A stretch of DNA of 64,000 nucleotides from Auanema rhodensis (taxonomy: Eukaryota; Animalia; Nematoda), in contig OZ059896.1 of NCBI GenBank assembly GCA_964057225.1, positions 19,840,001-19,904,000 of the forward strand, in the 5' to 3' direction. A model generated the notes under the pieces. It made no database searches and had not been told where the DNA came from. It saw only the letters and a list, made by a program, of their open reading frames with translations. Shown one piece after another: positions 24,201 to 39,312 of this stretch. Each line of letters starts with the position of its first letter. The first letter of the stretch is position 1. The translations under genes were made by a program, and so were the position numbers.

Positions 24201-27200
24201 TTGCTTCCAAAAACATTTTGACAAAAATTTTTTCGAAAAATTTCAAAATAATTTAGCAAAAAGTAGATGTTGTTAGATTCCTTTTTTCAAGGCAAAGACG
24301 ATGGACAATGTTATTCAACGAAAAAATTAATTCTTCAGGGTGAAAATCGAGGATATAAGTGTGAACTTATATCAGTTGATATCTCGGTGCATTTTTAAGC
24401 TAGCGCAAATCTGATAACACAGATCGACGCAGCTTAAAAATCCGCATCGAATGCACTATACTACATTGAGAAACGCTTAATACAAAAATTAGTTATGATC
24501 GTTTGAAAAATGATGCATTAGTGTATGTTGAGTTTCCATGTACACTCAACATTGCTTCCAAAAACATTTTGACAAAAATTTTTTCGAAAAATTTCAGAAT
24601 AATTTAGCAAAAAGTAGATGTTTTCAGATTCCTTTTTTCAAGGCAAAGACGATGGACATTGTTATTCAACGAAAAAATTAATTCTTCAGGGTGAAAATCG
24701 AGGATATAAGTGTGAACTTATATCAGTTGATATCTCGGTGCATTTTTAAGCTAGCGCAAATCTGATAACACAGATCGACGCAGCTTAAAAATCCGCATCG
24801 AATGCACTATACTACATTGAGAAACGCTTAATACAAAAATTAGTTATGATCGTTTGAAAAATGATGCATTAGTGTATGTTGAGTTTCCATGTACACTCAA
24901 CATTGCTTCCAAAAACATTTTGACAAAAATTTTTTCGAAAAATTTCTAAATAATTTAGCAAAAAGTAGATGTTTTTAGATTCCTTTTTTCAAGGCAAAGA
25001 CGATGGACAATGTTATTCAACGAAAAAATTAATTCTTCAGGGTGAAAATCGAGGATATAAGTGTGAACTTATATCAGTTGATATCTCGGTGCATTTTTAA
25101 GCTAGCGCAAATCTCATAACACAGATCGACGCAGCTTAAAAATCCGCATCGAATGCACTATACTACATTGAGAAACGCTTAATACAAAAATTAGTTATGA
25201 TCGTTTGAAAAATGATGCATTAGTGTATGTTGAGTTTCCATGTACACTCAACATTGCTTCCAAAAACATTTTGACAAAAATTTTTTCGAAAAATTTCAAA
25301 ATAATTTAGCAAAAAGTAGATGTTGTTAGATTCCTTTTTTCAAGGCAAAGACGATGGACAATGTTATTCAACGAAAAAATTAATTCTTCAGGGTGAAAAT
25401 CGAGGATATAAGTGTGAACTTATATCAGTTGATATCTCGGTGCATTTTTAAGCTAGCGCAAATCTGATAACACAGATCGACGCAGCTTAAAAATCCGCAT
25501 CGAATGCACTATACTACATTGAGAAACGCTTAATACAAAAATTAGTTATGATCGTTTGAAAAATGATGCATTAGTGTATGTTGAGTTTCCATGTACACTC
25601 AACATTGCTTCCAAAAACATTTTGACAAAAATTTTTTCGAAAAATTTCAAAATAATTTAGCAAAAAGTAGATGTTTTTAGATTCCTTTTTTCAAGGCAAA
25701 GACGATGGACATTGTTATTCAACGAAAAAATTAATTCTTCAGGGTGAAAATCGAGGATATAAGTGTGAACTTATATCAGTTGATATCTCGGTGCATTTTT
25801 AAGCTAGCGCAAATCTGATAACACAGATTGACGCAGCTTAAAAATCCGCATCGAATGCACTATACTACATTGAGAAACGCTTAATACAAAAATTAGTTAT
25901 GATCGTTTGAAAAATGATGCATTAGTGTATGTTGAGTTTCCATGTACACTCAACATTGCTTCCAAAAACATTTTGACAAAAATTTTTTCGAAAAATTTCT
26001 AAATAATTTAGCAAAAAGTAGATGTTTTTAGATTCCTTTTTTCAAGGCAAAGACGATGGACAATGTTATTCAACGAAAAAATTAATTCTTCAGGGTGAAA
26101 ATCGAGGATATAAGTGTGAACTTATATCAGTTGATATCTCGGTGCATTTTTAAGCTAGCGCAAATCTGATAACACAGATCGACGCAGCTTAAAAATCCGC
26201 ATCGAATGCACTATACTACATTGAGAAACGCTTAATACAAAAATTAGTTATGATCGTTTGAAAAATGATGCATTAGTGTATGTTGAGTTTCCATGTACAC
26301 TCAACATTGCTTCCAAAAACATTTTGACAAAAATTTTTTCGAAAAATTTCTAAATAATTTAGCAAAAAGTAGATGTTTTTAGATTCCTTTTTTCAAGGCA
26401 AAGACGATGGACAGTGTTATTCAACGAAAAAATTAATTCTTCAGGGTGAAAATCGAGGATATACGTGTGAACTTATATCAGTTGATATCTCGGTGCATTT
26501 TTAAGCTAGCGCAAATCTGATAACACAGATCGACGCAGCTTAAAAATCCGCATCGAATGCACTATACTACATTGAGAAACGCTTAATACAAAAATTAGTT
26601 ATGATCGTTTGAAAAATGATGCATTAGTGTATGTTGAGTTTCCATGTACACTCAACATTGCTTCCAAAAACATTTTGACAAAAATTTTTTCGAAAAATTT
26701 CAGAATAATTTAGCAAAAAGTAGATGTTTTTAGATTCCTTTTTTCAAGGCAAAGACGATGGACATTGTTATTCAACGAAAAAATTAATTCTTCAGGGTGA
26801 AAATCGAGGATATAAGTGTGAACTTATATCAGTTGATATCTCGGTGCATTTTTAAGCTAGCGCAAATCTGATAACACAGATCGACGCAGCTTAAAAATCC
26901 GCATCGAATGCACTATACTACATTGAGAAACGCTTAATACAAAAATTAGTTATGATCGTTTGAAAAATGATGCATTAGTGTATGTTGAGTTTCCATGTAC
27001 ACTCAACATTGCTTCCAAAAACATTTTGACAAAAATTTTTTCGGAAAATTTCAAAATAATTTAGCAAAAAGTAGATGTTGTTAGATTCCTTTTTTCAAGG
27101 CAAAGACGATGGACAATGTTATTCAACGAAAAAATTAATTCTTCAGGGTGAAAATCGAGGATATAAGTGTGAACTTATATCAGTTGATATCTCGGTGCAT

Positions 27201-28080
27201 TTTTAAGCTAGCGCAAATCTGATAACACAGATCGACGCAGCTTAAAAATCCGCATCGAATGCACTATACTACATTGAGAAACGCTTAATACAAAAATTAG
27301 TTATGATCGTTTGAAAAATGATGCATTAGTGTATGTTGAGTTTCCATGTACACTCAACATTGCTTCCAAAAACATTTTGACAAAAATTTTTTCGAAAAAT
27401 TTCAAAATAATTTAGCAAAAAGTAGATGTTTTCAGATTCCTTTTTTCAAGGCAAAGACGATGGACATTGTTATTCAACGAAAAAATTAATTCTTCAGGGT
27501 GAAAATCGAGGATATAAGTGTGAACTTATATCAGTTGATATCTCGGTGCATTTTTAAGCTAGCGCAAATCTGATAACACAGATCGACGCAGCTTAAAAAT
27601 CCGCATCGAATGCACTATACTACATTGAGAAACGCTTAATACAAAAATTAGTTATGATCGTTTGAAAAATGATGCATTAGTGTATGTTGAGTTTCCATGT
27701 ACACTCAACATTGCTTCCAAAAACATTTTGACAAAAATTTTTTCGAAAAATTTCTAAATAATTTAGCAAAAAGTAGATGTTTTTAGATTCCTTTTTTCAA
27801 GGCAAAGACGATGGACAATGTTATTCAACGAAAAAATTAATTCTTCAGGGTGAAAATCGAGGATATAAGTGTGAACTTATATCAGTTGATATCTCGGTGC
27901 ATTTTTAAGCTAGCGCAAATCTCATAACACAGATCGACGCAGCTTAAAAATCCGCATCGAATGCACTATACTACATTGAGAAACGCTTAATACAAAAATT
28001 AGTTATGATCGTTTGAAAAATGATGCATTAGTGTATGTTGAGTTTCCATGTACACTCAACATTGCTTCCAAAAACATTTT

Positions 28081-31000
28081 GACAAAAATTTTTTCGAAAA
28101 ATTTCAAAATAATTTAGCAAAAAGTAGATGTTTTTAGATTCCTTTCTTCAAGGCAAAGACGATGGACAATGTTATTCAACGAAAAAATTAATTCTTCAGG
28201 GTGAAAATCGAGGATATAAGTGTGAACTTATATCAGTTGATATCTCGGTGCATTTTTAAGCTAGCGCAAATCTCATAACACAGATCGACGCAGCTTAAAA
28301 ATCCGCATCGAATGCACTATACTACATTGAGAAACGCTTAATACAAAAATTAGTTATGATCGTTTGAAAAATGATGCATTAGTGTATGTTGAGTTTCCAT
28401 GTACACTCAACATTGCTTCCAAAAACATTTTGACAAAAATTTTTTCGAAAAATTTCAAAATAATTTAGCAAAAAGTAGATGTTGTTAGATTCCTTTTTTC
28501 AAGGCAAAGACGATGGACAATGTTATTCAACGAAAAAATTAATTCTTCAGGGTGAAAATCGAGGATATAAGTGTGAACTTATATCAGTTGATATCTCGGT
28601 GCATTTTTAAGCTAGCGCAAATCTGATAACACAGATCGACGCAGCTTAAAAATCCGCATCGAATGCACTATACTACATTGAGAAACGCTTAATACAAAAA
28701 TTAGTTATGATCGTTTGAAAAATGATGCATTAGTGTATGTTGAGTTTCCATGTACACTCAACATTGCTTCCAAAAACATTTTGACAAAAATTTTTTCGAA
28801 AAATTTCAAAATAATTTAGCAAAAAGTAGATGTTTTTAGATTCCTTTCTTCAAGGCAAAGACGATGGACAATGTTATTCAACGAAAAAATTAATTCTTCA
28901 GGGTGAAAATCGAGGATATAAGTGTGAACTTATATCAGTTGATATCTCGGTGCATTTTTAAGCTAGCGCAAATCTCATAACACAGATCGACGCAGCTTAA
29001 AAATCCGCATCGAATGCACTATACTACATTGAGAAACGCTTAATACAAAAATTAGTTATGATCGTTTGAAAAATGATGCATTAGTGTATGTTGAGTTTCC
29101 ATGTACACTCAACATTGCTTCCAAAAACATTTTGACAAAAATTTTTTCGAAAAATTTCAAAATAATTTAGCAAAAAGTAGATGTTGTTAGATTCCTTTTT
29201 TCAAGGCAAAGACGATGGACAATGTTATTCAACGAAAAAATTAATTCTTCAGGGTGAAAATCGAGGATATAAGTGTGAACTTATATCAGTTGATATCTCG
29301 GTGCATTTTTAAGCTAGCGCAAATCTGATAACACAGATCGACGCAGCTTAAAAATCCGCATCGAATGCACTATACTACATTGAGAAACGCTTAATACAAA
29401 AATTAGTTATGATCGTTTGAAAAATGATGCATTAGTGTATGTTGAGTTTCCATGTACACTCAACATTGCTTCCAAAAACATTTTGACAAAAATTTTTTCG
29501 AAAAATTTCAAAATAATTTAGCAAAAAGTAGATGTTTTTAGATTCCTTTTTTCAAGGCAAAGACGATGGACATTGTTATTCAACGAAAAAATTAATTCTT
29601 CAGGGTGAAAATCGAGGATATAAGTGTGAACTTATATCAGTTGATATCTCGGTGCATTTTTAAGCTAGCGCAAATCTGATAACACAGATCGACGCAGCTT
29701 AAAAATCCGCATCGAATGCACTATACTACATTGAGAAACGCTTAATACAAAAATTAGTTATGATCGTTTGAAAAATGATGCATTAGTGTATGTTGAGTTT
29801 CCATGTACACTCAACATTGCTTCCAAAAACATTTTGACAAAAATTTTTTCGAAAAATTTCTAAATAATTTAGCAAAAAGTAGATGTTTTTAGATTCCTTT
29901 TTTCAAGGCAAAGACGATGGACAATGTTATTCAACGAAAAAATTAATTCTTCAGGGTGAAAATCGAGGATATAAGTGTGAACTTATATCAGTTGATATCT
30001 CGGTGCATTTTTAAGCTAGCGCAAATCTGATAACACAGATCGACGCAGCTTAAAAATCCGCATCGAATGCACTATACTACATTGAGAAACGCTTAATACA
30101 AAAATTAGTTATGATCGTTTGAAAAATGATGCATTAGTGTATGTTGAGTTTCCATGTACACTCAACATTGCTTCCAAAAACATTTTGACAAAAATTTTTT
30201 CGAAAAATTTCAAAATAATTTAGCAAAAAGTAGATGTTTTTAGATTCCTTTTTTCAAGGCAAAGACGATGGACATTGTTATTCAACGAAAAAATTAATTC
30301 TTCAGGGTGAAAATCGAGGATATAAGTGTGAACTTATATCAGTTGATATCTCGGTGCATTTTTAAGCTAGCGCAAATCTGATAACACAGATCGACGCAGC
30401 TTAAAAATCCGCATCGAATGCACTATACTACATTGAGAAACGCTTAATACAAAAATTAGTTATGATCGTTTGAAAAATGATGCATTAGTGTATGTTGAGT
30501 TTCCATGTACACTCAACATTGCTTCCAAAAACATTTTGACAAAAATTTTTTCGAAAAATTTCTAAATAATTTAGCAAAAAGTAGATGTTTTTAGATTCCT
30601 TTTTTCAAGGCAAAGACGATGGACAATGTTATTCAACGAAAAAATTAATTCTTCAGGGTGAAAATCGAGGATATAAGTGTGAACTTATATCAGTTGATAT
30701 CTCGGTGCATTTTTAAGCTAGCGCAAATCTGATAACACAGATCGACGCAGCTTAAAAATCCGCATCGAATGCACTATACTACATTGAGAAACGCTTAATA
30801 CAAAAATTAGTTATGATCGTTTGAAAAATGATGCATTAGTGTATGTTGAGTTTCCATGTACACTCAACATTGCTTCCAAAAACATTTTGACAAAAATTTT
30901 TTCGAAAAATTTCTAAATAATTTAGCAAAAAGTAGATGTTTTTAGATTCCTTTTTTCAAGGCAAAGACGATGGACAGTGTTATTCAAAGAAAAAATTAAT

Positions 31001-31941
31001 TCTTCAGGGTGAAAATCGAGGATATAAGTGTGAACTTATATCAGTTGATATCTCGGTGCATTTTTAAGCTAGCGCAAATCTGATAACACAGATCGACGCA
31101 GCTTAAAAATCCGCATCGAATGCACTATACTACATTGAGAAACGCTTAATACAAAAATTAGTTATGATCGTTTGAAAAATGATGCATTAGTGTATGTTGA
31201 GTTTCCATGTACACTCAACATTGCTTCCAAAAACATTTTGACAAAAATTTTTTCGAAAAATTTCTAAATAATTTAGCAAAAAGTAGATGTTTTTAGATTC
31301 CTTTTTTCAAGGCAAAGACGATGGACAATGTTATTCAACGAAAAAATTAATTCTTCAGGGTGAAAATCGAGGATATAAGTGTGAACTTATATCAGTTGAT
31401 ATCTCGGTGCATTTTTAAGCTAGCGCAAATCTGATAACACAGATCGACGCAGCTTAAAAATCCGCATCGAATGCACTATACTACATTGAGAAACGCTTAA
31501 TACAAAAATTAGTTATGATCGTTTGAAAAATGATGCATTAGTGTATGTTGAGTTTCCATGTACACTCAACATTGCTTCCAAAAACATTTTGACAAAAATT
31601 TTTTCGAAAAATTTCTAAATAATTTAGCAAAAAGTAGATGTTTTTAGATTCCTTTTTTCAAGGCAAAGACGATGGACAGTGTTATTCAAAGAAAAAATTA
31701 ATTCTTCAGGGTGAAAATCGAGGATATAAGTGTGAACTTATATCAGTTGATATCTCGGTGCATTTTTAAGCTAGCGCAAATCTGATAACACAGATCGACG
31801 CAGCTTAAAAATCCGCATCGAATGCACTATACTACATTGAGAAACGCTTAATACAAAAATTAGTTATGATCGTTTGAAAAATGATGCATTAGTGTATGTT
31901 GAGTTTCCATGTACACTCAACATTGCTTCCAAAAACATTTT
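28081..31941. repeat. Run of three successive dimer (702 bp) duplications
   Basis: [66C+194C][53G] x2 at 28081-29484; [89T][26T] x2 at 29485-30888; [26T][26T+89G+100A] x2 at 30538-31941. Confidence 0.75.
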
Positions 31942-34900
31942 GACAAAAATTTTTTCGAAAAATTTCAAAATAATTTAGCAAAAAGTAGATGTTTTTAGAT
32001 TCCTTTTTTCAAGGCAAAGACGATGGACAATGTTATTCAACGAAAAAATTAATTCTTCAGGGTGAAAATCGAGGATATAAGTGTGAACTTATATCAGTTG
32101 ATATATCGGTGCATTTTTAAGCTAGCGCAAATCTGATAACACAGATCGACGCAGCTTAAAAATCCGCATCGAATGCACTATACTACATTGAGAAACGCTT
32201 AATACAAAAATTAGTTATGATCGTTTGAAAAATGATGCATTAGTGTATGTTGAGTTTCCATGTACACTCAACATTGCTTCCAAAAACATTTTGACAAAAA
32301 TTTTTTCGAAAAATTTCAAAATAATTTAGCAAAAAGTAGATGTTGTTAGATTCCTTTTTTCAAGGCAAAGACGATGGACAATGTTATTCAACGAAAAAAT
32401 TAATTCTTCAGGGTGAAAATCGAGGATATAAGTGTGAACTTATATCAGTTGATATCTCGGTGCATTTTTAAGCTAGCGCAAATCTGATAACACAGATCGA
32501 CGCAGCTTAAAAATCCGCATCGAATGCACTATACTACATTGAGAAACGCTTAATACAAAAATTAGTTATGATCGTTTGAAAAATGATGCATTAGTGTATG
32601 TTGAGTTTCCATGTACACTCAACATTGCTTCCAAAAACATTTTGACAAAAATTTTTTCGAAAAATTTCAAAATAATTTAGCAAAAAGTAGATGTTTTCAG
32701 ATTCCTTTTTTCAAGGCAAAGACGATGGACATTGTTATTCAACGAAAAAATTAATTCTTCAGGGTGAAAATCGAGGATATAAGTGTGAACTTATATCAGT
32801 TGATATCTCGGTGCATTTTTAAGCTAGCGCAAATCTGATAACACAGATCGACGCAGCTTAAAAATCCGCATCGAATGCACTATACTACATTGAGAAACGC
32901 TTAATACAAAAATTAGTTATGATCGTTTGAAAAATGATGCATTAGTGTATGTTGAGTTTCCATGTACACTCAACATTGCTTCCAAAAACATTTTGACAAA
33001 AATTTTTTCGAAAAATTTCTAAATAATTTAGCAAAAAGTAGATGTTTTTAGATTCCTTTTTTCAAGGCAAAGACGATGGACAATGTTATTCAACGAAAAA
33101 ATTAATTCTTCAGGGTGAAAATCGAGGATATAAGTGTGAACTTATATCAGTTGATATCTCGGTGCATTTTTAAGCTAGCGCAAATCTCATAACACAGATC
33201 GACGCAGCTTAAAAATCCGCATCGAATGCACTATACTACATTGAGAAACGCTTAATACAAAAATTAGTTATGATCGTTTGAAAAATGATGCATTAGTGTA
33301 TGTTGAGTTTCCATGTACACTCAACATTGCTTCCAAAAACATTTTGACAAAAATTTTTTCGAAAAATTTCAAAATAATTTAGCAAAAAGTAGATGTTTTT
33401 AGATTCCTTTTTTCAAGGCAAAGACGATGGACAATGTTATTCAACGAAAAAATTAATTCTTCAGGGTGAAAATCGAGGATATAAGTGTGAACTTATATCA
33501 GTTGATATCTCGGTGCATTTTTAAGCTAGCGCAAATCTGATAACACAGATCGACGCAGCTTAAAAATCCGCATCGAATGCACTATACTACATTGAGAAAC
33601 GCTTAATACAAAAATTAGTTATGATCGTTTGAAAAATGATGCATTAGTGTATGTTGAGTTTCCATGTACACTCAACATTGCTTCCAAAAACATTTTGACA
33701 AAAATTTTTTCGAAAAATTTCAGAATAATTTAGCAAAAAGTAGATGTTTTCAGATTCCTTTTTTCAAGGCAAAGAAGATGGACATTGTTATTCAACGAAA
33801 AAATTAATTCTTCAGGGTGAAAATCGAGGATATAAGTGTGAACTTATATCAGTTGATATCTCGGTGCATTTTTAAGCTAGCGCAAATCTGATAACACAGA
33901 TCGACGCAGCTTAAAAATCCGCATCGAATGCACTATACTACATTGAGAAACGCTTAATACAAAAATTAGTTATGATCGTTTGAAAAATGATGCATTAGTG
34001 TATGTTGAGTTTCCATGTACACTCAACATTGCTTCCAAAAACATTTTGACAAAAATTTTTTCGAAAAATTTCTAAATAATTTAGCAAAAAGTAGATGTTT
34101 TTAGATTCCTTTTTTCAAGGCAAAGACGATGGACAATGTTATTCAACGAAAAAATTAATTCTTCAGGGTGAAAATCGAGGATATAAGTGTGAACTTATAT
34201 CAGTTGATATCTCGGTGCATTTTTAAGCTAGCGCAAATCTCATAACACAGATCGACGCAGCTTAAAAATCCGCATCGAATGCACTATACTACATTGAGAA
34301 ACGCTTAATACAAAAATTAGTTATGATCGTTTGAAAAATGATGCATTAGTGTATGTTGAGTTTCCATGTACACTCAACATTGCTTCCAAAAACATTTTGA
34401 CAAAAATTTTTTCGAAAAATTTCAAAATAATTTAGCAAAAAGTAGATGTTGTTAGATTCCTTTTTTCAAGGCAAAGACGATGGACAATGTTATTCAACGA
34501 AAAAATTAATTCTTCAGGGTGAAAATCGAGGATATAAGTGTGAACTTATATCAGTTGATATCTCGGTGCATTTTTAAGCTAGCGCAAATCTGATAAAACA
34601 GATCGACGCAGCTTAAAAATCCGCATCGAATGCACTATACTACATTGAGAAACGCTTAATACAAAAATTAGTTATGATCGTTTGAAAAATGATGCATTAG
34701 TGTATGTTGAGTTTCCATGTACACTCAACATTGCTTCCAAAAACATTTTGACAAAAATTTTTTCGAAAAATTTCAAAATAATTTAGCAAAAAGTAGATGT
34801 TTTCAGATTCCTTTTTTCAAGGCAAAGACGATGGACATTGTTATTCAACGAAAAAATTAATTCTTCAGGGTGAAAATCGAGGATATAAGTGTGAACTTAT

Positions 34901-35100
34901 ATCAGTTGATATCTCGGTGCATTTTTAAGCTAGCGCAAATCTGATAACACAGATCGACGCAGCTTAAAAATCCGCATCGAATGCACTATACTACATTGAG
35001 AAACGCTTAATACAAAAATTAGTTATGATCGTTTGAAAAATGATGCATTAGTGTATGTTGAGTTTCCATGTACACTCAACATTGCTTCCAAAAACATTTT

Positions 35101-38100
35101 GACAAAAATTTTTTCGAAAAATTTCTAAATAATTTAGCAAAAAGTAGATGTTTTTAGATTCCTTTTTTCAAGGCAAAGACGATGGACAATGTTATTCAAC
35201 GAAAAAATTAATTCTTCAGGGTGAAAATCGAGGATATAAGTGTGAACTTATATCAGTTGATATCTCGGTGCATTTTTAAGCTAGCGCAAATCTGATAACA
35301 CAGATCGACGCAGCTTAAAAATCCGCATCGAATGCACTATACTACATTGAGAAACGCTTAATACAAAAATTAGTTATGATCGTTTGAAAAATGATGCATT
35401 AGTGTATGTTGAGTTTCCATGTACACTCAACATTGCTTCCAAAAACATTTTGACAAAAATTTTTTCGAAAAATTTCTAAATAATTTAGCAAAAAGTAGAT
35501 GTTTTTAGATTCCTTTTTTCAAGGCAAAGACGATGGACAATGTTATTCAACGAAAAAATTAATTCTTCAGGGTGAAAATCGAGGATATAAGTGTGAACTT
35601 ATATCAGTTGATATCTCGGTGCATTTTTAAGCTAGCGCAAATCTCATAACACAGATCGACGCAGCTTAAAAATCCGCATCGAATGCACTATACTACATTG
35701 AGAAACGCTTAATACAAAAATTAGTTATGATCGTTTGAAAAATGATGCATTAGTGTATGTTGAGTTTCCATGTACACTCAACATTGCTTCCAAAAACATT
35801 TTGACAAAAATTTTTTCGAAAAATTTCAAAATAATTTAGCAAAAAGTAGATGTTTTTAGATTCCTTTTTTCAAGGCAAAGACGATGGACATTGTTATTCA
35901 ACGAAAAAATTAATTCTTCAGGGTGAAAATCGAGGATATAAGTGTAAACTTATATCAGTTGATATCTCGGTGCATTTTTAAGCTAGCGCAAATCTGATAA
36001 CACAGATCGACGCAGCTTAAAAATCCGCATCGAATGCACTATACTACATTGAGAAACGCTTAATACAAAAATTAGTTATGATCGTTTGAAAAATGATGCA
36101 TTAGTGTATGTTGAGTTTCCATGTACACTCAACATTGCTTCCAAAAACATTTTGACAAAAATTTTTTCGAAAAATTTCAAAATAATTTAGCAAAAAGTAG
36201 ATGTTGTTAGATTCCTTTTTTCAAGGCAAAGACGATGGACAATGTTATTCAACGAAAAAATTAATTCTTCAGGGTGAAAATCGAGAATATACGTGTGAAC
36301 TTATATCAGTTGATATCTCGGTGCATTTTTAAGCTAGCGCAAATCTGATAACACAGATCGACGCAGCTTAAAAATCCGCATCGAATGCACTATACTACAT
36401 TGAGAAACGCTTAATACAAAAATTAGTTATGTTCGTTTGAAAAATGATGCATTAGTGTATGTTGAGTTTCCATGTACACTCAACATTGCTTCCAAAAACA
36501 TTTTGACAAAAATTTTTTCGAAAAATTTCAGAATAATTTAGCAAAAAGTAGATGTTTTCAGATTCCTTTTTTCAAGGCAAAGACGATGGACATTGTTATT
36601 CAACGAAAAAATTAATTCTTCAGGGTGAAAATCGAGGATATAAGTGTGAACTTATATCAGTTGATATCTCGGTGCATTTTTAAGCTAGCGCAAATCTGAT
36701 AACAAACATCGACGCAGCTTAAAAATCCGCATCGAATGCACTATACTACATTGAGAAACGCTTAATACAAAAATTAGTTATGATCGTTTGAAAAATGATG
36801 CATTAGTGTATGTTGAGTTTCCATGTACACTCAACATTGCTTCCAAAAACATTTTGACAAAAATTTTTTCGAAAAATTTCTAAATAATTTAGCAAAAAGT
36901 AGATGTTTTTAGATTCCTTTTTTCAAGGCAAAGACGATGGACAATGTTATTCAACAAAAAAATTAATTCTTCAGGGTGAAAATCGAGGATATAAGTGTGA
37001 ACTTATATCAGTTGATATCTCGGTGCATTTTTAAGCTAGCGCAAATCTGATAACAAACATCGACGCAGCTTAAAAATCCGCATCGAATGCACTATACTAC
37101 ATTGAGAAACGCTTAATACAAAAATTAGTTATGATCGTTTGAAAAATGATGCATTAGTGTATGTTGAGTTTCCATGTACACTCAACATTGCTTCCAAAAA
37201 CATTTTGACAAAAATTTTTTCGAAAAATTTCTAAATAATTTAGCAAAAAGTAGATGTTTTTAGATTCCTTTTTTCAAGGCAAAGACGATGGACAATGTTA
37301 TTCAACGAAAAAATAAATTCTTCAGGGTAAAAATCGAGGATATAAGTGTGAACTTATATCAGTTGATATCTCGGTGCATTTTTAAGCTAGCGCAAATCTC
37401 ATAACACAGATCGACGCAGCTTAAAAATCCGCATCGAATGCACTATACTACATTGAGAAACGCTTAATACAAAAATTAGTTATGATCGTTTGAAAAATGA
37501 TGCATTAGTGTATGTTGAGTTTCCATGTACACTCAACATTGCTTCCAAAAACATTTTGACAAAAATTTTTTCGAAAAATTTCAAAATAATTTAGCAAAAA
37601 GTAGATGTTTTTAGATTCCTTTTTTCAAGGCAAAGACGATGGACATTGTTATTCAACAAAAAAATTAATTCTTCAGGGTGAAAATCGAGGATATAAGTGT
37701 GAACTTATATCAGTTGATATCTCGGTGCATTTTTAAGCTAGCGCAAATCTGATAACACAGATCGACGCAGCTTAAAAATCCGCATCGAATGCACTATACT
37801 ACATTGAGAAACGCTTAATACAAAAATTAGTTATGATCGTTTGAAAAATGATGCATTAGTGTATGTTGAGTTTCCATGTACACTCAACATTGCTTCCAAA
37901 AACATTTTGACAAAAATTTTTTCGAAAAATTTCAAAATAATTTAGCAAAAAGTAGATGTTGTTAGATTCCTTTTTTCAAGGCAAAGACGATGGACAATGT
38001 TATTCAACGAAATAATTAATTCTTCAGGGTGAAAATCGAGAATATACGTGTGAACTTATATCAGTTGATATCTCGGTGCATTTTTAAGCTAGCGCAAATC

Positions 38101-39312
38101 TCATAACACAGATCGACGCAGCTTAAAAATCCGCATCGAATGCACTATACTACATTGAGAAACGCTTAATACAAAAATTAGTTATGATCGTTTGAAAAAT
38201 GATGCATTAGTGTATGTTGAGTTTCCATGTACACTCAACATTGCTTCCAAAAACATTTTGACAAAAATTTTTTCGAAAAATTTCAGAATAATTTAGCAAA
38301 AAGTAGATGTTTTCAGATTCCTTTTTTCAAGGCAAAGACGATGGACATTGTTATTCAACGAAAAAATTAATTCTTCAGGGTGAAAATCGAGGATATAAGT
38401 GTGAACTTATATCAGTTGATATCTCGGTGCATTTTTAAGCTAGCGCAAATCTGATAACACAGATCGACGCAGCTTAAAAATCCGCATCGAATGCACTATA
38501 CTACATTGAGAAACGCTTAATACAAAAATTAGTTATGATCGTTTGAAAAATGATGCATTAGTGTATGTTGAGTTTCCATGTACACTCAACATTGCTTCCA
38601 AAAACATTTTGACAAAAATTTTTTCGAAAAATTTCTAAATAATTTAGCAAAAAGTAGATGTTTTTAGATTCCTTTTTTCAAGGCAAAGACGATGGACAAT
38701 GTTATTCAACGAAAAAATTAATTCTTCAGGGTGAAAATCGAGGATATAAGTGTGAACTTATATCAGTTGATATCTCGGTGCATTTTTAAGCTAGCGCAAA
38801 TCTGATAACACAGATCGACGCAGCTTAAAAATCCGCATCGAATGCACTATACTACATTGAGAAACGCTTAATACAAAAATTAGTTATGATCGTTTGAAAA
38901 ATGATGCATTAGTGTATGTTGAGTTTCCATGTACACTCAACATTGCTTCCAAAAACATTTTGACAAAAATTTTTTCGAAAAATTTCTAAATAATTTAGCA
39001 AAAAGTAGATGTTTTTAGATTCCTTTTTTCAAGGCAAAGACGATGGACAATGTTATTCAACGAAAAAATTAATTCTTCAGGGTGAAAACCGAGGATATAA
39101 GTGTGAACTTATATCAGTTGATATCTCGGTGCATTTTTAAGCTAGCGCAAATCTCATAACACAGATCGACGCAGCTTAAAAATCCGCATCGAATGCACTA
39201 TACTACATTGAGAAACGCTTAATACAAAAATTAGTTATGATCGTTTGAAAAATGATGCATTAGTGTATGTTGAGTTTCCATGTACACTCAACATTGCTTC
39301 CAAAAACATTTT
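35101..39312. repeat. Degenerate 5-mer (1755 bp) higher-order repeat, about 2.4 copies
   Basis: Cycle [26T], [26T+194C], [89T], [53G+133A+139C], [27G+55C+89T]. The rare 53G+133A+139C monomer occurs at 36154 and 37909, 1755 bp apart. Confidence 0.7.
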
